DNA of 64,000 nt, from the NCBI GenBank assembly GCA_018242525.1, contig JAFEBS010000014.1, positions 8,646-72,645 of the forward strand, in the 5' to 3' direction. The DNA is from Planctomycetota bacterium. GTDB taxonomy: Bacteria > Planctomycetota > Planctomycetia > Planctomycetales > Planctomycetaceae. Shown piece after piece: positions 9,560 to 19,300 of this stretch. The stretch's first letter is position 1. The number at the start of each line of letters is the position of its first letter. A program made the position numbers and the translations under genes. Below the pieces are notes generated by a model, which ran no database searches, had not been told where the DNA came from, and saw only the letters and a list, made by a program, of their open reading frames with translations.

Positions 9560-10972
9560 TCACGCAAACAGGTCCGCAATCACCTGTCCGGTGCTCGCCG
9601 GCCGCGTAAACCCGTCCGGGCTGATCCGCGTTTCTGGCGGGATGTTCATGGCGTGAAACAGAGTGGCCGCGAAATCTTCCGGGCTCACGGGCCGATCTTT
9701 CACATACGCCGCCTGTTGATCGCTGGCCCCGTAGATTGCACCGCCACGAATCCCGGCCCCCGCCACCATCGCGGAATAACAATTCGGCCAGTGATCCCGG
9801 CCGATCGCCGCCGATCCCTTGCTGATGCGGGGAGTCCGCCCAAACTCGCCCACGAGGACCACCAGGGTGCTGTCGAGCAGTCCCCGGGCAGACAGGTCTT
9901 CGAGCAACGCCGAGACGGCTTCGTCGCATTTGGGCAGAGCCCAGCCGAGTCCGTTCCAGCCGTTGGCAAAGATGTCAATCCCGGCATTGCCGTGCATGTC
10001 CCAGGTCTCGACGCTCATGAACTTTTCACCGGGTGCCAGTCCCGTCCAGGCGACGACATTCACCAGCCGAACTCCGGCTTCCACCAGTCGTCGGGCCAGC
10101 AACAGATTCTGCCCCAGCGGGTGCCGTCCATAGCGATCGCGAATCGTGGGAGCTTCCTGCTGAATATCAAACGCCTTGCGCGCCTGGCTGCCCGCCAGCA
10201 GGTCGAATGCCCGTTCGCGAAACTGCGCATGCGACGCCGGTCCGCGTGCGGTCGTAGTGGGCGTGGACGCGACCTCCGTGGCTTGTCCCACCGGGGCTTC
10301 GACGTGAGCCAGCAATTGTCGACGGGCGTCCAGTCGATTCCGCGTCACCCCATCCGCGGTGTCGAAGGACTTCACGCGAAACTGCGGGTTCGCCGGATGA
10401 TCGTCGTGATTGTCGCCGATCAATAGCGGACTGTGTGCCATTCCCAGGAAACCGCCGGTCAAGTACGCGGGCTCCGGTGGGGCGGCCCCGCCGCCGAATT
10501 TCTGCAGCCAGACGTGCGCAGGTACGCTGGTGGTCGCGGGGCGCAACTTGGAAACCACGGCCCCGAAGGACGGCGCATCGGCTGCGGGAAGCGACTGCCC
10601 CGCCAGCAACATCTTGTTGGCGACGTCATGGACCGGCACGCTGTGACTCATCGAACGAATGACGGCATAGCGATCGGCCAGCGTCGCCAGTCGGGGCATC
10701 AATTCTCCGACTTGAAAACCCGGAACGGACGTCGAAATCGGCTGATACGGGCCACGCACTTCGGCGGCGGCGGTCGGCTTCGGATCCCAGGAATCCAGTT
10801 GACTCAGACCACCATACTGAAAGATGAAAATGCACGACTTCGGCGTCGTGGGGGCATTCGCCGCCAGTAAGCGGGGCAGACCGAGTCCCAGCAGCGGGAG
10901 CGTTCCCGCCTGCAGGACCTGTCTGCGGGAAATCCCTCCTTGAGTCGCGTGTGTGTCTGTATCTGATCCCAT
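9560..10972 (-). CDS. DUF1501 domain protein (sulfatase-fold, Tat-exported)
   Basis: Twin-arginine leader GISRRQVLQAG, then QYGGLSQLDSWDPKP, GEFGRTPRI and GRDHWPNCYS motifs. I moved the start to ATG 10972; the track ORF extends to 11179. Confidence 0.85.
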   Translation of the reverse strand: MGSDTDTHATQGGISRRQVLQAGTLPLLGLGLPRLLAANAPTTPKSCIFIFQYGGLSQLDSWDPKPTAAAEVRGPYQPISTSVPGFQVGELMPRLATLADRYAVIRSMSHSVPVHDVANKMLLAGQSLPAADAPSFGAVVSKLRPATTSVPAHVWLQKFGGGAAPPEPAYLTGGFLGMAHSPLLIGDNHDDHPANPQFRVKSFDTADGVTRNRLDARRQLLAHVEAPVGQATEVASTPTTTARGPASHAQFRERAFDLLAGSQARKAFDIQQEAPTIRDRYGRHPLGQNLLLARRLVEAGVRLVNVVAWTGLAPGEKFMSVETWDMHGNAGIDIFANGWNGLGWALPKCDEAVSALLEDLSARGLLDSTLVVLVGEFGRTPRISKGSAAIGRDHWPNCYSAMVAGAGIRGGAIYGASDQQAAYVKDRPVSPEDFAATLFHAMNIPPETRISPDGFTRPASTGQVIADLFA

Positions 10973-11139
10973 CTGCGGTATGAATCTCCTCTGCATCAAC
11001 GCCAATGGATGCCTCATCATCATAGCCAAGGGGATGGAAGAGTCGATCCCAAGTGGCGTTCCCGATTGATTCTTTGTCGACGGCATCAGAAACTGTGGTA
11101 CACCGAAACATCCCCGCCAAACTCTTGTGGAAGAAAACG

Positions 11140-12435
11140 ATGCGCTGTTCGCGTCTGTCAACAATGTTGGTTCTGGCATTGCTGGTGATCACGGGGGCCG
11201 CCCGCGCCGCGGAACCCCAGCCGGAATGGCCACCGGTTGTCGACCTTGCTCCCAACATAAAGCCATTTCCCGGCCGCAAGGTGGAGTACTTCCGGCATGG
11301 CACGAAGGCCGATTGGGGATATGCCAAACCACAACAGGATTTCTTCATCCTGGTCCACCCGGAAACACCGAGTCCCAAGGCTCCCGTCTACGTTTGCTTG
11401 CATTCCGCCGGGCATGATGGGAAGTCGGCGTATGAAATCGGCACGGAAGGGGCCGAAGGACCTCGTGGGCATTTCCTGTATTATCCACCGGCTGACTGCT
11501 ATGGCCTGTATCCCGATTGCCGGGCCAACGGATCCGTCGGCGACTGGTGGTGGGGCGGGCCTCAACCCAACGAAAAGCAGCAAAAGAACCTGGGGCCGGA
11601 GGCAACGCCCACCGAAAAGCGGGTCGAAGACACGGTGAACTGGGTCCTGTGCCAGTATCCGACCGATCGCAATCGTGTGTACCTGACCGGCATCTCGATG
11701 GGTGGGAGTGGCTCGCTTGGCTTTGGCGTCCCCCGCGGCAACCTGTTCGCGTCGATCCTGGTCCATGTTCCAGCAGGAGCGGCCCATGTGGAGCAACGCA
11801 TGAGTTTCCCGCCGCTGGAGGTTCCGGTGGGACGCAAGTTCGCAGATCCACCGGTGGTCGTCGCGTATTCCGGGGTCAACGATGGCTGGGCGAAAGACCA
11901 GGCGACGCTGATCAAGGGGATGCATGCGCGCAAGTACGCCTTCGTCGATTTCTGGGGTCACAGCGGTCACGATTCGACAAAGCAATCGATTGCCAGCCAG
12001 AACGACCTGGCGTTTTCGTACCCCTGGCTGGAGATCAGGAAGAACGAAGCCTATCCCGTCTTCACAGATGCCACGTCGGACAACAAGGCTCCGTGGTTGG
12101 CGACGGATGGGTCCGAACCGGCGGGACAGATCAATGCATTCTTCCGGTGGAAGAACCTGACCGATACAGACTCGGCATTCTCCATCGAATTGCGGTTGCT
12201 CACCCCGTCAGAATTCAAAAGTGCAATCGTCTTTCCCAGCGAATCCACCGCCGACGTCACATTGCGGCGGTTGCAAAAGTTCCCCGCCGCTACCGTTCAG
12301 GACTGCACGTGGGAATTCACACGTGATGGAACCACGGTCGCGAAGGGGACTGTTCAATCCGATGCCATTGGGTTGATCACAATCCCTCGACTGGCCATCA
12401 GCCAGACGCCGGGGATCCTGACGCTGAAACGGTGA
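11140..12435 (+). CDS. secreted alpha/beta-hydrolase (esterase-like)
   Basis: Signal peptide MRCSRLSTMLVLALLVITGAARAAEP. Nucleophile-elbow-like GISMGGSGS after VYLT. Start taken at ATG 11140. Confidence 0.55.
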   Translation: MRCSRLSTMLVLALLVITGAARAAEPQPEWPPVVDLAPNIKPFPGRKVEYFRHGTKADWGYAKPQQDFFILVHPETPSPKAPVYVCLHSAGHDGKSAYEIGTEGAEGPRGHFLYYPPADCYGLYPDCRANGSVGDWWWGGPQPNEKQQKNLGPEATPTEKRVEDTVNWVLCQYPTDRNRVYLTGISMGGSGSLGFGVPRGNLFASILVHVPAGAAHVEQRMSFPPLEVPVGRKFADPPVVVAYSGVNDGWAKDQATLIKGMHARKYAFVDFWGHSGHDSTKQSIASQNDLAFSYPWLEIRKNEAYPVFTDATSDNKAPWLATDGSEPAGQINAFFRWKNLTDTDSAFSIELRLLTPSEFKSAIVFPSESTADVTLRRLQKFPAATVQDCTWEFTRDGTTVAKGTVQSDAIGLITIPRLAISQTPGILTLKR

Positions 12436-12450
12436 GGTCGACGAATCCAC

Positions 12451-13947
12451 TCACTCGGGAATCGGATCCTCGCGCCGTACCGGTTCGCCCTCCCAGATCG
12501 CGACATCCGATTCCCTGTCGTACGTCAGGACTCGATGAGCGCTGTTGAGGGCGGGAGGGACGTCCACCTTGGGAAGCCAGCGGCGGTGGGCGGCAATCAC
12601 GGCAGCATGCTCGGATTTGGCGGCCAGGTTGGTCCATTCATGCGGATCGGCCTGCATATCGTAAAGTTCTTCGGTACCGTCGGCGTAGCGGATGTATCGC
12701 CACGACTCGCTGCGGATCCCATGGTTTCCCTGATTGTGCGACGTGATTGCCGGTCGATCCCGCTTGGCGTTTGCGTCCTTCAATTGCGGATTCAGGCTGA
12801 TCCCTTCCAGGTCATCGCGCGGTTTCAGGCCACAGAGATCAATCAGCGTGGGATAGATATCGAGTAACTCGGCAGGCTGGGTGCAACGCCCACCCGACGC
12901 GACACCCGGGCCGGCGAAAATCAGCGGGACACGCGTGCCGCGATCCCACAGTGTGTTCTTGCCGGTAATTCCTTTTTCGCCCAGATGCCAGCCGTGGTCG
13001 CCCCACAGGACGATGATCGTATTGTCGGCCAATCCGGCTTCCTCAAGGGCCGCTGTCAGTCGGCCGACCTGGGCATCGACAAAGCTGGTACACGCCAGGT
13101 ACGACCGGACCAGGTTCCGCCACTGGTGATTCTCGCGCACCCACTTCAACCGGGGTTCGGGCAGCTTCCAATGCAGGTACCACGAAAACCGCGGCGTATC
13201 GTCGCGATCGCTTTCCAGGATCGGTGGCAGAACGGAATCATCGTCGGGGTACAGGTCAAACCAGCGCTGGGTGGCGTAGCAGGGAACATGCGGCAGAAAG
13301 AATCCCGCCGCGAGAAAGAACGGCTGGTCCCTGGGGGCGGATTTGATCTGTTCCACGGCCCAACTGGCAACCTTGTAATCCCCCTTGTCCTCGTCCTTGT
13401 GCGGAAAGACACCCCAGTCCATCAGCGGGTGGTTTCCCATCGGCGTCGGCGGAATCAGCTTTTTTTCGGGCTTCACGCCGATCCCCCCGGCCGCCCCCCA
13501 GACGTCGAATTCCGCCGCCTGCAGTTTCGGTCCCCCCACGCCGCCGTGATAGACTTTGCCGACAGTCAACGTGCGGTAACCATGAGCCTTGAAGTGCTGC
13601 GGCAGGGCCACTCGATCTTTCCAGCCATCGAGTGTCCGAAACCAGGGAGCCAGCCCGTAGACTCCGGTGGTCGTTGGTCGCAGACTGAGCATCAGGCTGG
13701 TGCGGGAGGGATTGCACAGCGGGGCCTGGCAATGGGCATTCAGGAACACGGTCCCGCGCGCGGCCAACCGATCGATGTGCGGAGTCTTCACCAGCGGGTG
13801 CCCTCCCAACGTTCCGATCCAGTCATTCTGGTCATCGATCGCAATGAACAGCACATTTGGCCGCTGGCTGGCCTGTTGCGCCTGAACGACGGAGTGCGCC
13901 AAGCCCATCACAGTCATGCAACCCAGAACCAGAATCGTCGATTTCAT
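12451..13947 (-). CDS. formylglycine-dependent sulfatase
   Basis: PNVLFIAIDDQND metal-binding start and the CNPSRTSLMLS (C-x-P-x-R) signature. Signal peptide MKSTILVLGCMTVMGLAHSVVQA. Start taken at ATG 13947. Confidence 0.9.
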   Translation of the reverse strand: MKSTILVLGCMTVMGLAHSVVQAQQASQRPNVLFIAIDDQNDWIGTLGGHPLVKTPHIDRLAARGTVFLNAHCQAPLCNPSRTSLMLSLRPTTTGVYGLAPWFRTLDGWKDRVALPQHFKAHGYRTLTVGKVYHGGVGGPKLQAAEFDVWGAAGGIGVKPEKKLIPPTPMGNHPLMDWGVFPHKDEDKGDYKVASWAVEQIKSAPRDQPFFLAAGFFLPHVPCYATQRWFDLYPDDDSVLPPILESDRDDTPRFSWYLHWKLPEPRLKWVRENHQWRNLVRSYLACTSFVDAQVGRLTAALEEAGLADNTIIVLWGDHGWHLGEKGITGKNTLWDRGTRVPLIFAGPGVASGGRCTQPAELLDIYPTLIDLCGLKPRDDLEGISLNPQLKDANAKRDRPAITSHNQGNHGIRSESWRYIRYADGTEELYDMQADPHEWTNLAAKSEHAAVIAAHRRWLPKVDVPPALNSAHRVLTYDRESDVAIWEGEPVRREDPIPE

Positions 13948-14095
13948 TGCTGTCGGCCTCGCGTCAAGAGGAGTGGATGGTCCGTGAGTTTGCGGCATGT
14001 CCCAGTCAGCCGTCAATCGAGTGGACGGACGATGTCGATTCCGGTAGTGACCGGTCGCCGGATTCGGGAGAATTCGGGGCTGTTGCAACCGACGA

Positions 14096-14115
14096 CCGAA
14101 GTCTCACGACTTCGG
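14096..14115. repeat. 20-nt perfect hairpin CCGAAGTC-TCAC-GACTTCGG (identical copy at 55647..55666)
   Basis: Exact 20/20 repeat. Partial copies occur at 39522..39534 and 55607..55619. All copies are intergenic. Confidence 0.6.
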
Positions 14116-14354
14116 CTACGAAACAACATCCTCGGCGCGTTCCGATGTTCCCGATCGGACTTCCGTTTTAGAACGAATGAATCGGTGATAACGGATGCAA
14201 TGGATCGTCCGTGCAAAATGGAACGAACGATGAGAATCGACTGGTGCAGTCTGAGATCACACCACTGAATCTGCCGATTTTACGGACAGCGGGCTTCCCC
14301 CCCCAAATCCGACGTTGCGCGCAGCGCAGGCCGACTTGGAGAGCTCGCACTCGA

Positions 14355-15263
14355 ATGTCCAAACGGAGTGTTGAAATGCTCAGCCGACGGATGGCCTGGT
14401 TGTTCACCTGTGGAACCGCAGCCGGTTTCCTCTGCTCGTTCGCTCCACAAGATGGTTATTCGGAAGTTTTCCGGAAACGAGCCCCCGTTCGTTCCGGGTT
14501 ACCCGCACATGTCCCGTACGGGCAGGATCGGCCCGCGACCATCGTGGCGATCACCTCAGATGCCGCCGTCGAAGAGCAGGTGTTGCTGGTCTTGAACACC
14601 CCGACTCTGGTTCCCCTCAGTGCCCCGGAAAGCTATCCGTGGCAGGCCTCCGCCAAGCCTTCGGCCGATTCTGTTTTGAATCGACCCTCATTCAGTCCCA
14701 TCATTCGCGGCGGGAATTCCAGAACCGATACCAAGACCGTCGTCGAAACCTCAATCGGGCCCGATGGAACTGCGGTCACCAAACGACTGACCAACGAGAA
14801 TACCGAGTCTGGATCCGGCCCGATGCTCGCCATCGCCGGACAGCACTGGTCGGCTCAGCCCCCCGACGTGCTGGCACCGGCGATGTTTCGTCGCAAGTCG
14901 TTCTCGCTGAAGCAGCCCAGTCTGCAGGCCGACAACGTGACCCTCGACCGTATCGGCCTGGCAATCTACGAAACCGGTCACGTCGCATTGACCGGGCTGG
15001 TTTCCGACACCGGAGGCCAGGACGGACTGACAAAGGGCAGTGACATCACGATTCGAGTCCGAGGCTACGGCATGAACCGCTTGAATTCCCCGACGCTTCC
15101 CAATGGCCCGCTGCACTTTGAAATGAGCAGTAACTGCCGAGTCCTGCGGGGCCGATCCGACGCAATTTCACTCGTCCCACTCCGTTGTTCCGAGACAGTA
15201 CGAGAACACTACGACGAAATCACGCATCTGGAAGTCGTATTGGAGAGTCGACGTAGCAAATAA
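14355..15263 (+). CDS. hypothetical secreted protein
   Basis: ATG 14355 gives MSKRSVEMLSRRMAWLFTCGTAAGFLCSFA, which looks like a signal peptide. No recognised family. Same strand as the secretin gene. Confidence 0.45.
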   Translation: MSKRSVEMLSRRMAWLFTCGTAAGFLCSFAPQDGYSEVFRKRAPVRSGLPAHVPYGQDRPATIVAITSDAAVEEQVLLVLNTPTLVPLSAPESYPWQASAKPSADSVLNRPSFSPIIRGGNSRTDTKTVVETSIGPDGTAVTKRLTNENTESGSGPMLAIAGQHWSAQPPDVLAPAMFRRKSFSLKQPSLQADNVTLDRIGLAIYETGHVALTGLVSDTGGQDGLTKGSDITIRVRGYGMNRLNSPTLPNGPLHFEMSSNCRVLRGRSDAISLVPLRCSETVREHYDEITHLEVVLESRRSK

Positions 15264-15446
15264 TTCGAAGGCTACAATTGATACAGTGAACTCCGCCGTC
15301 CTCAAAGTCGATAAAACCGGTACGGGCCGCAAAGTCGACATGGAGGATTTGATCCGCCATCGGTGTGGCCCCAGTTTTGTCCGCACGATGGCGTTCCAGT
15401 TCGATCGGGAAATGGATTGCCGTCTTGCCCTTGGGGGGGGCTTGTC

Positions 15447-16250
15447 ATGGACGGATTCGTTCCGCCACGGTGGATCGTGCGCCTGTCGGCCGCGACCCTC
15501 TTGTGGAGTGGGTTAGGATGGTGTGAGCACGATCTTTTCGCCCAGCACGGGCGTGTCGGCGGTCTGGATGAACTGGTCATCCTGGATCCCGGCAAGCACG
15601 ACCGGGGCCTGCCCTCCGTTGATTTGATTCCATCCCCGATCGGTACGCAGATCGACATCGCACCGACGACGCATGTCCACCGTTTCTACTACAACGGTGA
15701 CAAGGAGTACCAGGGCCCCTTGATCCAGGGAGGCCCGACAATCGTCGTGGCGACGCATCCCAGGACGAACAAGCGGATGTACATCGACGTGAATCTGCCG
15801 TCGGGTGCTCCGATCATCGTCTACGACAAATGCTCGATCACCTACGTCTACCAGGACCGCCGAGTCGTGCTGGGCTTCGCCCCGCTGAGCGATGAGCGAG
15901 CCAGCGTGACCTATCTGCCCGGCCGCGGCCTGTGCCGTTTGAAGCAGGAACACATCCAGGCCGTCAAGCAGAAACATGTCGCCGCCGCCCAGCAGCACGG
16001 CCTGGGCCACGCAATTCACGATGCTGGTTCCTCGGTGGTCAAAACCGTCTCCGGTGCCTTTGGCACGGTCGGCAAAGTGACCGGCGAATCGATCAACCAT
16101 GTCAAGACGACCGTCGAGCGACTGCCACCCGTCACGCAACTGCAATCAATCGCCAACCAGCGCGCTGAACGGGGATTGCGTGAAGCCAATTCGCAAGCTC
16201 AAAAGCTGAACGAATTGAAGAACCCGGACTTCATCAAGACGAACCGGTAA
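15447..16250 (+). CDS. hypothetical secreted protein (HVHRFYYNGDKEYQGPLIQGGPTIVV motif)
   Basis: ATG 15447 gives MDGFVPPRWIVRLSAATLLWSGLGW. A compact beta-rich core is followed by a helical Gln/Ala-rich C terminus. I cannot name a family. Confidence 0.45.
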   Translation: MDGFVPPRWIVRLSAATLLWSGLGWCEHDLFAQHGRVGGLDELVILDPGKHDRGLPSVDLIPSPIGTQIDIAPTTHVHRFYYNGDKEYQGPLIQGGPTIVVATHPRTNKRMYIDVNLPSGAPIIVYDKCSITYVYQDRRVVLGFAPLSDERASVTYLPGRGLCRLKQEHIQAVKQKHVAAAQQHGLGHAIHDAGSSVVKTVSGAFGTVGKVTGESINHVKTTVERLPPVTQLQSIANQRAERGLREANSQAQKLNELKNPDFIKTNR

Positions 16251-16356
16251 GCCGCGCAGTCACGATATAACGTTGTCGGTTTGGATCTGACGAATACTCC
16301 GATCTACGCAGGCGGGCATGATGCCTCCCTTTTTCCGTCCACGGAAGGACCCAAAA

Positions 16357-19300
16357 ATGAATTTCGGGCCATTCATCAAGGCGAGCTTGCCTCGCATTGC
16401 AATTGTTCTCGGACTATTTGCCGCTATCGAATCCGCTGCTCCCAGCGTTGCATTCGCACAGGGCAAAGGCCCGAAACCAACGGTGGCGGCAGGATTATTT
16501 GCGACCGCCGACCCTGCGGCCATTGCGATTGCACCCGGGACACCGATTCCCACCACGGCCTATATCAAAGTGTCTATGCCTGATGCTGCAGGCGAATTAC
16601 GGATCTTCATCGGAAACACCCGTCAGTTTGCAAAGCGAATCGCAAGTGACTCTACGACCACCAAAATTGTGCCGTTGGATTTGTTCAATATCTCGATGAA
16701 GAGTCCACAAAAGCTGACTGTTGTTTGGACTCCTGACACAATGTCTGCGTCTGACCCGAGTGATCCGATTGACGTTGATATTGACACAGTCGCACCGAGA
16801 GTGACTGGCATTCGACTGGTCGGGGTTTCTGGTGGTCCCGCGACACTTGAAATCCGTTTTGCAGAAGATGACCTTGCCGTGTCAAACTCCTCCGCCGTAG
16901 GAAGTCCGCTTAAGCCAGAGAACTACGTAATTACCCGATCGGCAGGGCTTCCAGGATTTACGAGTGCCGATGGAATTCCAGCAGGGGCGAATCTGAAGCC
17001 AATCCTGAGCGATGACCGAATGACGGTACGGATTGCCTTGGGATCGCTGGCGTCTGATAACTATCAAATCATCATCAGATCGATTCAGGATGGCCACGGA
17101 AATACCATTGATCCCGACAACGTCAAACTGAATTTCACGGCGGCACCCGAGCCTGGAACTGGGAAACATGTCGAGTTCCCCGAATACACGGCCCGCGTCG
17201 AGCGAAACAAGACGGAAGTCTTCAATCCGGGAGATCGTGTGGATACCCGGATGGCACGACTCTATTACTTCCGCGACGCCCACCGCGTCGCTCAGATCAT
17301 CAATCGCAATGTACAATCGTACAACCGTGCTGCGGTGACGATGGCTCAGCAGAACGCCGAAGATTCTCGAAACCTGGCCAATCAAAAGACAGCCGATCGC
17401 AAGCAACGCGAAGCGACTGCGATTCGTGCCGCCGAAGCAACGCGGGCTGCCGAGTCCGAACTTGCTGCCGCCCGCCAGGCCCTGGAAGAAATCCGGGCCG
17501 TCAATGCCCAGGCGACGCAAGGTGCCGCAGCCGCAACTCAAGCAGCGACTGACGCCACTCGCCAGCAGTCAACTCCTGAAATCGAAGCGCTGACGCGACA
17601 GAGCACTGACCTGGGAACGAAAATCACGAGTCTCAACACGGCGATCGATGCAGATCAAACGAGCCTGAACACACTCAATTCAACAATCGCAGCACTGAAT
17701 GTTGATCTCGCTGGGCTACATGCCGAACTCGACGGAGTCCCTGCCGCAATGCAGAACTCGGACTCCGCGAAAGCACTTGTGACAAAAACATCGGACTTGA
17801 ACATAAACACTGCCAAGAAGAAGGCAATCATTGACCGGATGTTGCTGGCCAAGGCGGACTTGGAATCCACGAGTACGCAGAAAGACAAGATCGACGCGAA
17901 AGTCAATGCCCTCAAGAACGAAAACACGGACTTCACCGCGCAGGCCACAGCACTGACTACCCGTGCCACATCCGCACGCACTGCAGCAGTCAGCTTCGCC
18001 GCCAAAGTTGCCGAATTGGAATCCAAGGTTGCCAACCTTCGCGACTCCGAACGCCTGAAACAAGCCGACGTGGACCAGGCGCAGGAAGCCGAGGACCGTG
18101 CCCGCGAAAACCAGTTCCGTGCCGAAGTCGCCGCAGCGACGGCCGACCCAGATACTTATGTTCCAGGCGACGTGAAATCCGTCGATCCGGTCACACGGGT
18201 CTCAGTCAGTGTCATTGGCGAAGGTCTGATTCAACTGCGCGGTCCGATCCGCGGAATCAACAAAATTCGAACGATGATCAGTCAGATCGATGCTCCTGTT
18301 GGTCAGGTCAAGGTGGGAATCTTCACCGTCCAGGTCAACGGCGAGCACGGTGATCGTATGGAAAAAGTTGCCACCCGGATCGAGGGAAATATCGATCTGT
18401 CGCGGTATCTGACGAACCAGTCGCTTGGGCTACTTCGACGGTCGATCCAGGAGATCGCCGGAATGGTCGTCAAGAGTGTCGACCTGGAGATGCGTGGCAA
18501 CCGGCAAGTGGATCGTGATAGACGTTACCTGTATGCCTTTTTTGGCAGAGATTTCGTCGATGAACTCTACGAGATGGATAGCGAATTCCTGCACACGGAA
18601 AACAAGATCCTCTCCATTCACTCGATGGATACAACGAATCAGTCGCAGGCGTTCTTTATCATGGCGCTGGCCAAGAACGACATTCGCCAGATGATCCTGG
18701 AACGGTTCCGACACCTGATTCAATGCGAGATGCCGTGCCTAGAATGGGACTTCCGCCGCTCCGCCGATATGACCCGCAGGATCAAGCATCAGAAACTCAA
18801 CACGCTGGAAGAGGTCACATTCAACGTCCATCAGAAATATCACTTCAGCAATCTGCACGGCTTCTTCAACGCTTGGGTCGACGACACCGACGCAATGACT
18901 CCCATGCAACGCGAGTTCATCCGTCTGGCCCAGATCTTCAAGTCACAGATGGTCGCCGAGATGGAGTACAAACAACGAGTCATCGAGCGAGGGTTGATAG
19001 AGGACCAGGCGAATACAGAGGACGAACTCAACGAACTACTCCAGCCGGTGAGGTCGTCCGCGAATTTGATGATCGTCAAATCCTTGCAGGGCCTGATCGA
19101 GAGTCAGGACAAGATCGCAGAACTTGAGCTTAGCATCCTTGATCTTCTCGGTGGATTGGATGAAGTTCAACTTGATATCGCCGAGCGCGTCAATACATAT
19201 CAGGCAGTTCAGTCAAAAGTTCTGTCTGCACTTCAGTCAAGATCCAGAACCTATTCGCGATTGAGTCTGGCCTTGAAAGCCTCTGAAAACAGAAACATCA

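Noticed and set aside
9347-10426. 359-aa plus-strand ORF
   Set aside because: It is antisense to the DUF1501 gene. Its 5' part merely reads through the REP arm. No motifs.
12985-14268. 427-aa plus-strand ORF
   Set aside because: It is antisense to the sulfatase (the CNPSR signature is on the minus strand). Its 3' end reads through an intergenic hairpin repeat.
15513-16145. 210-aa minus-strand ORF
   Set aside because: It is antisense to the hypothetical gene 15447..16250. I preferred the plus frame because of its signal peptide and its co-orientation with the flanking genes. This is the weaker of the calls.
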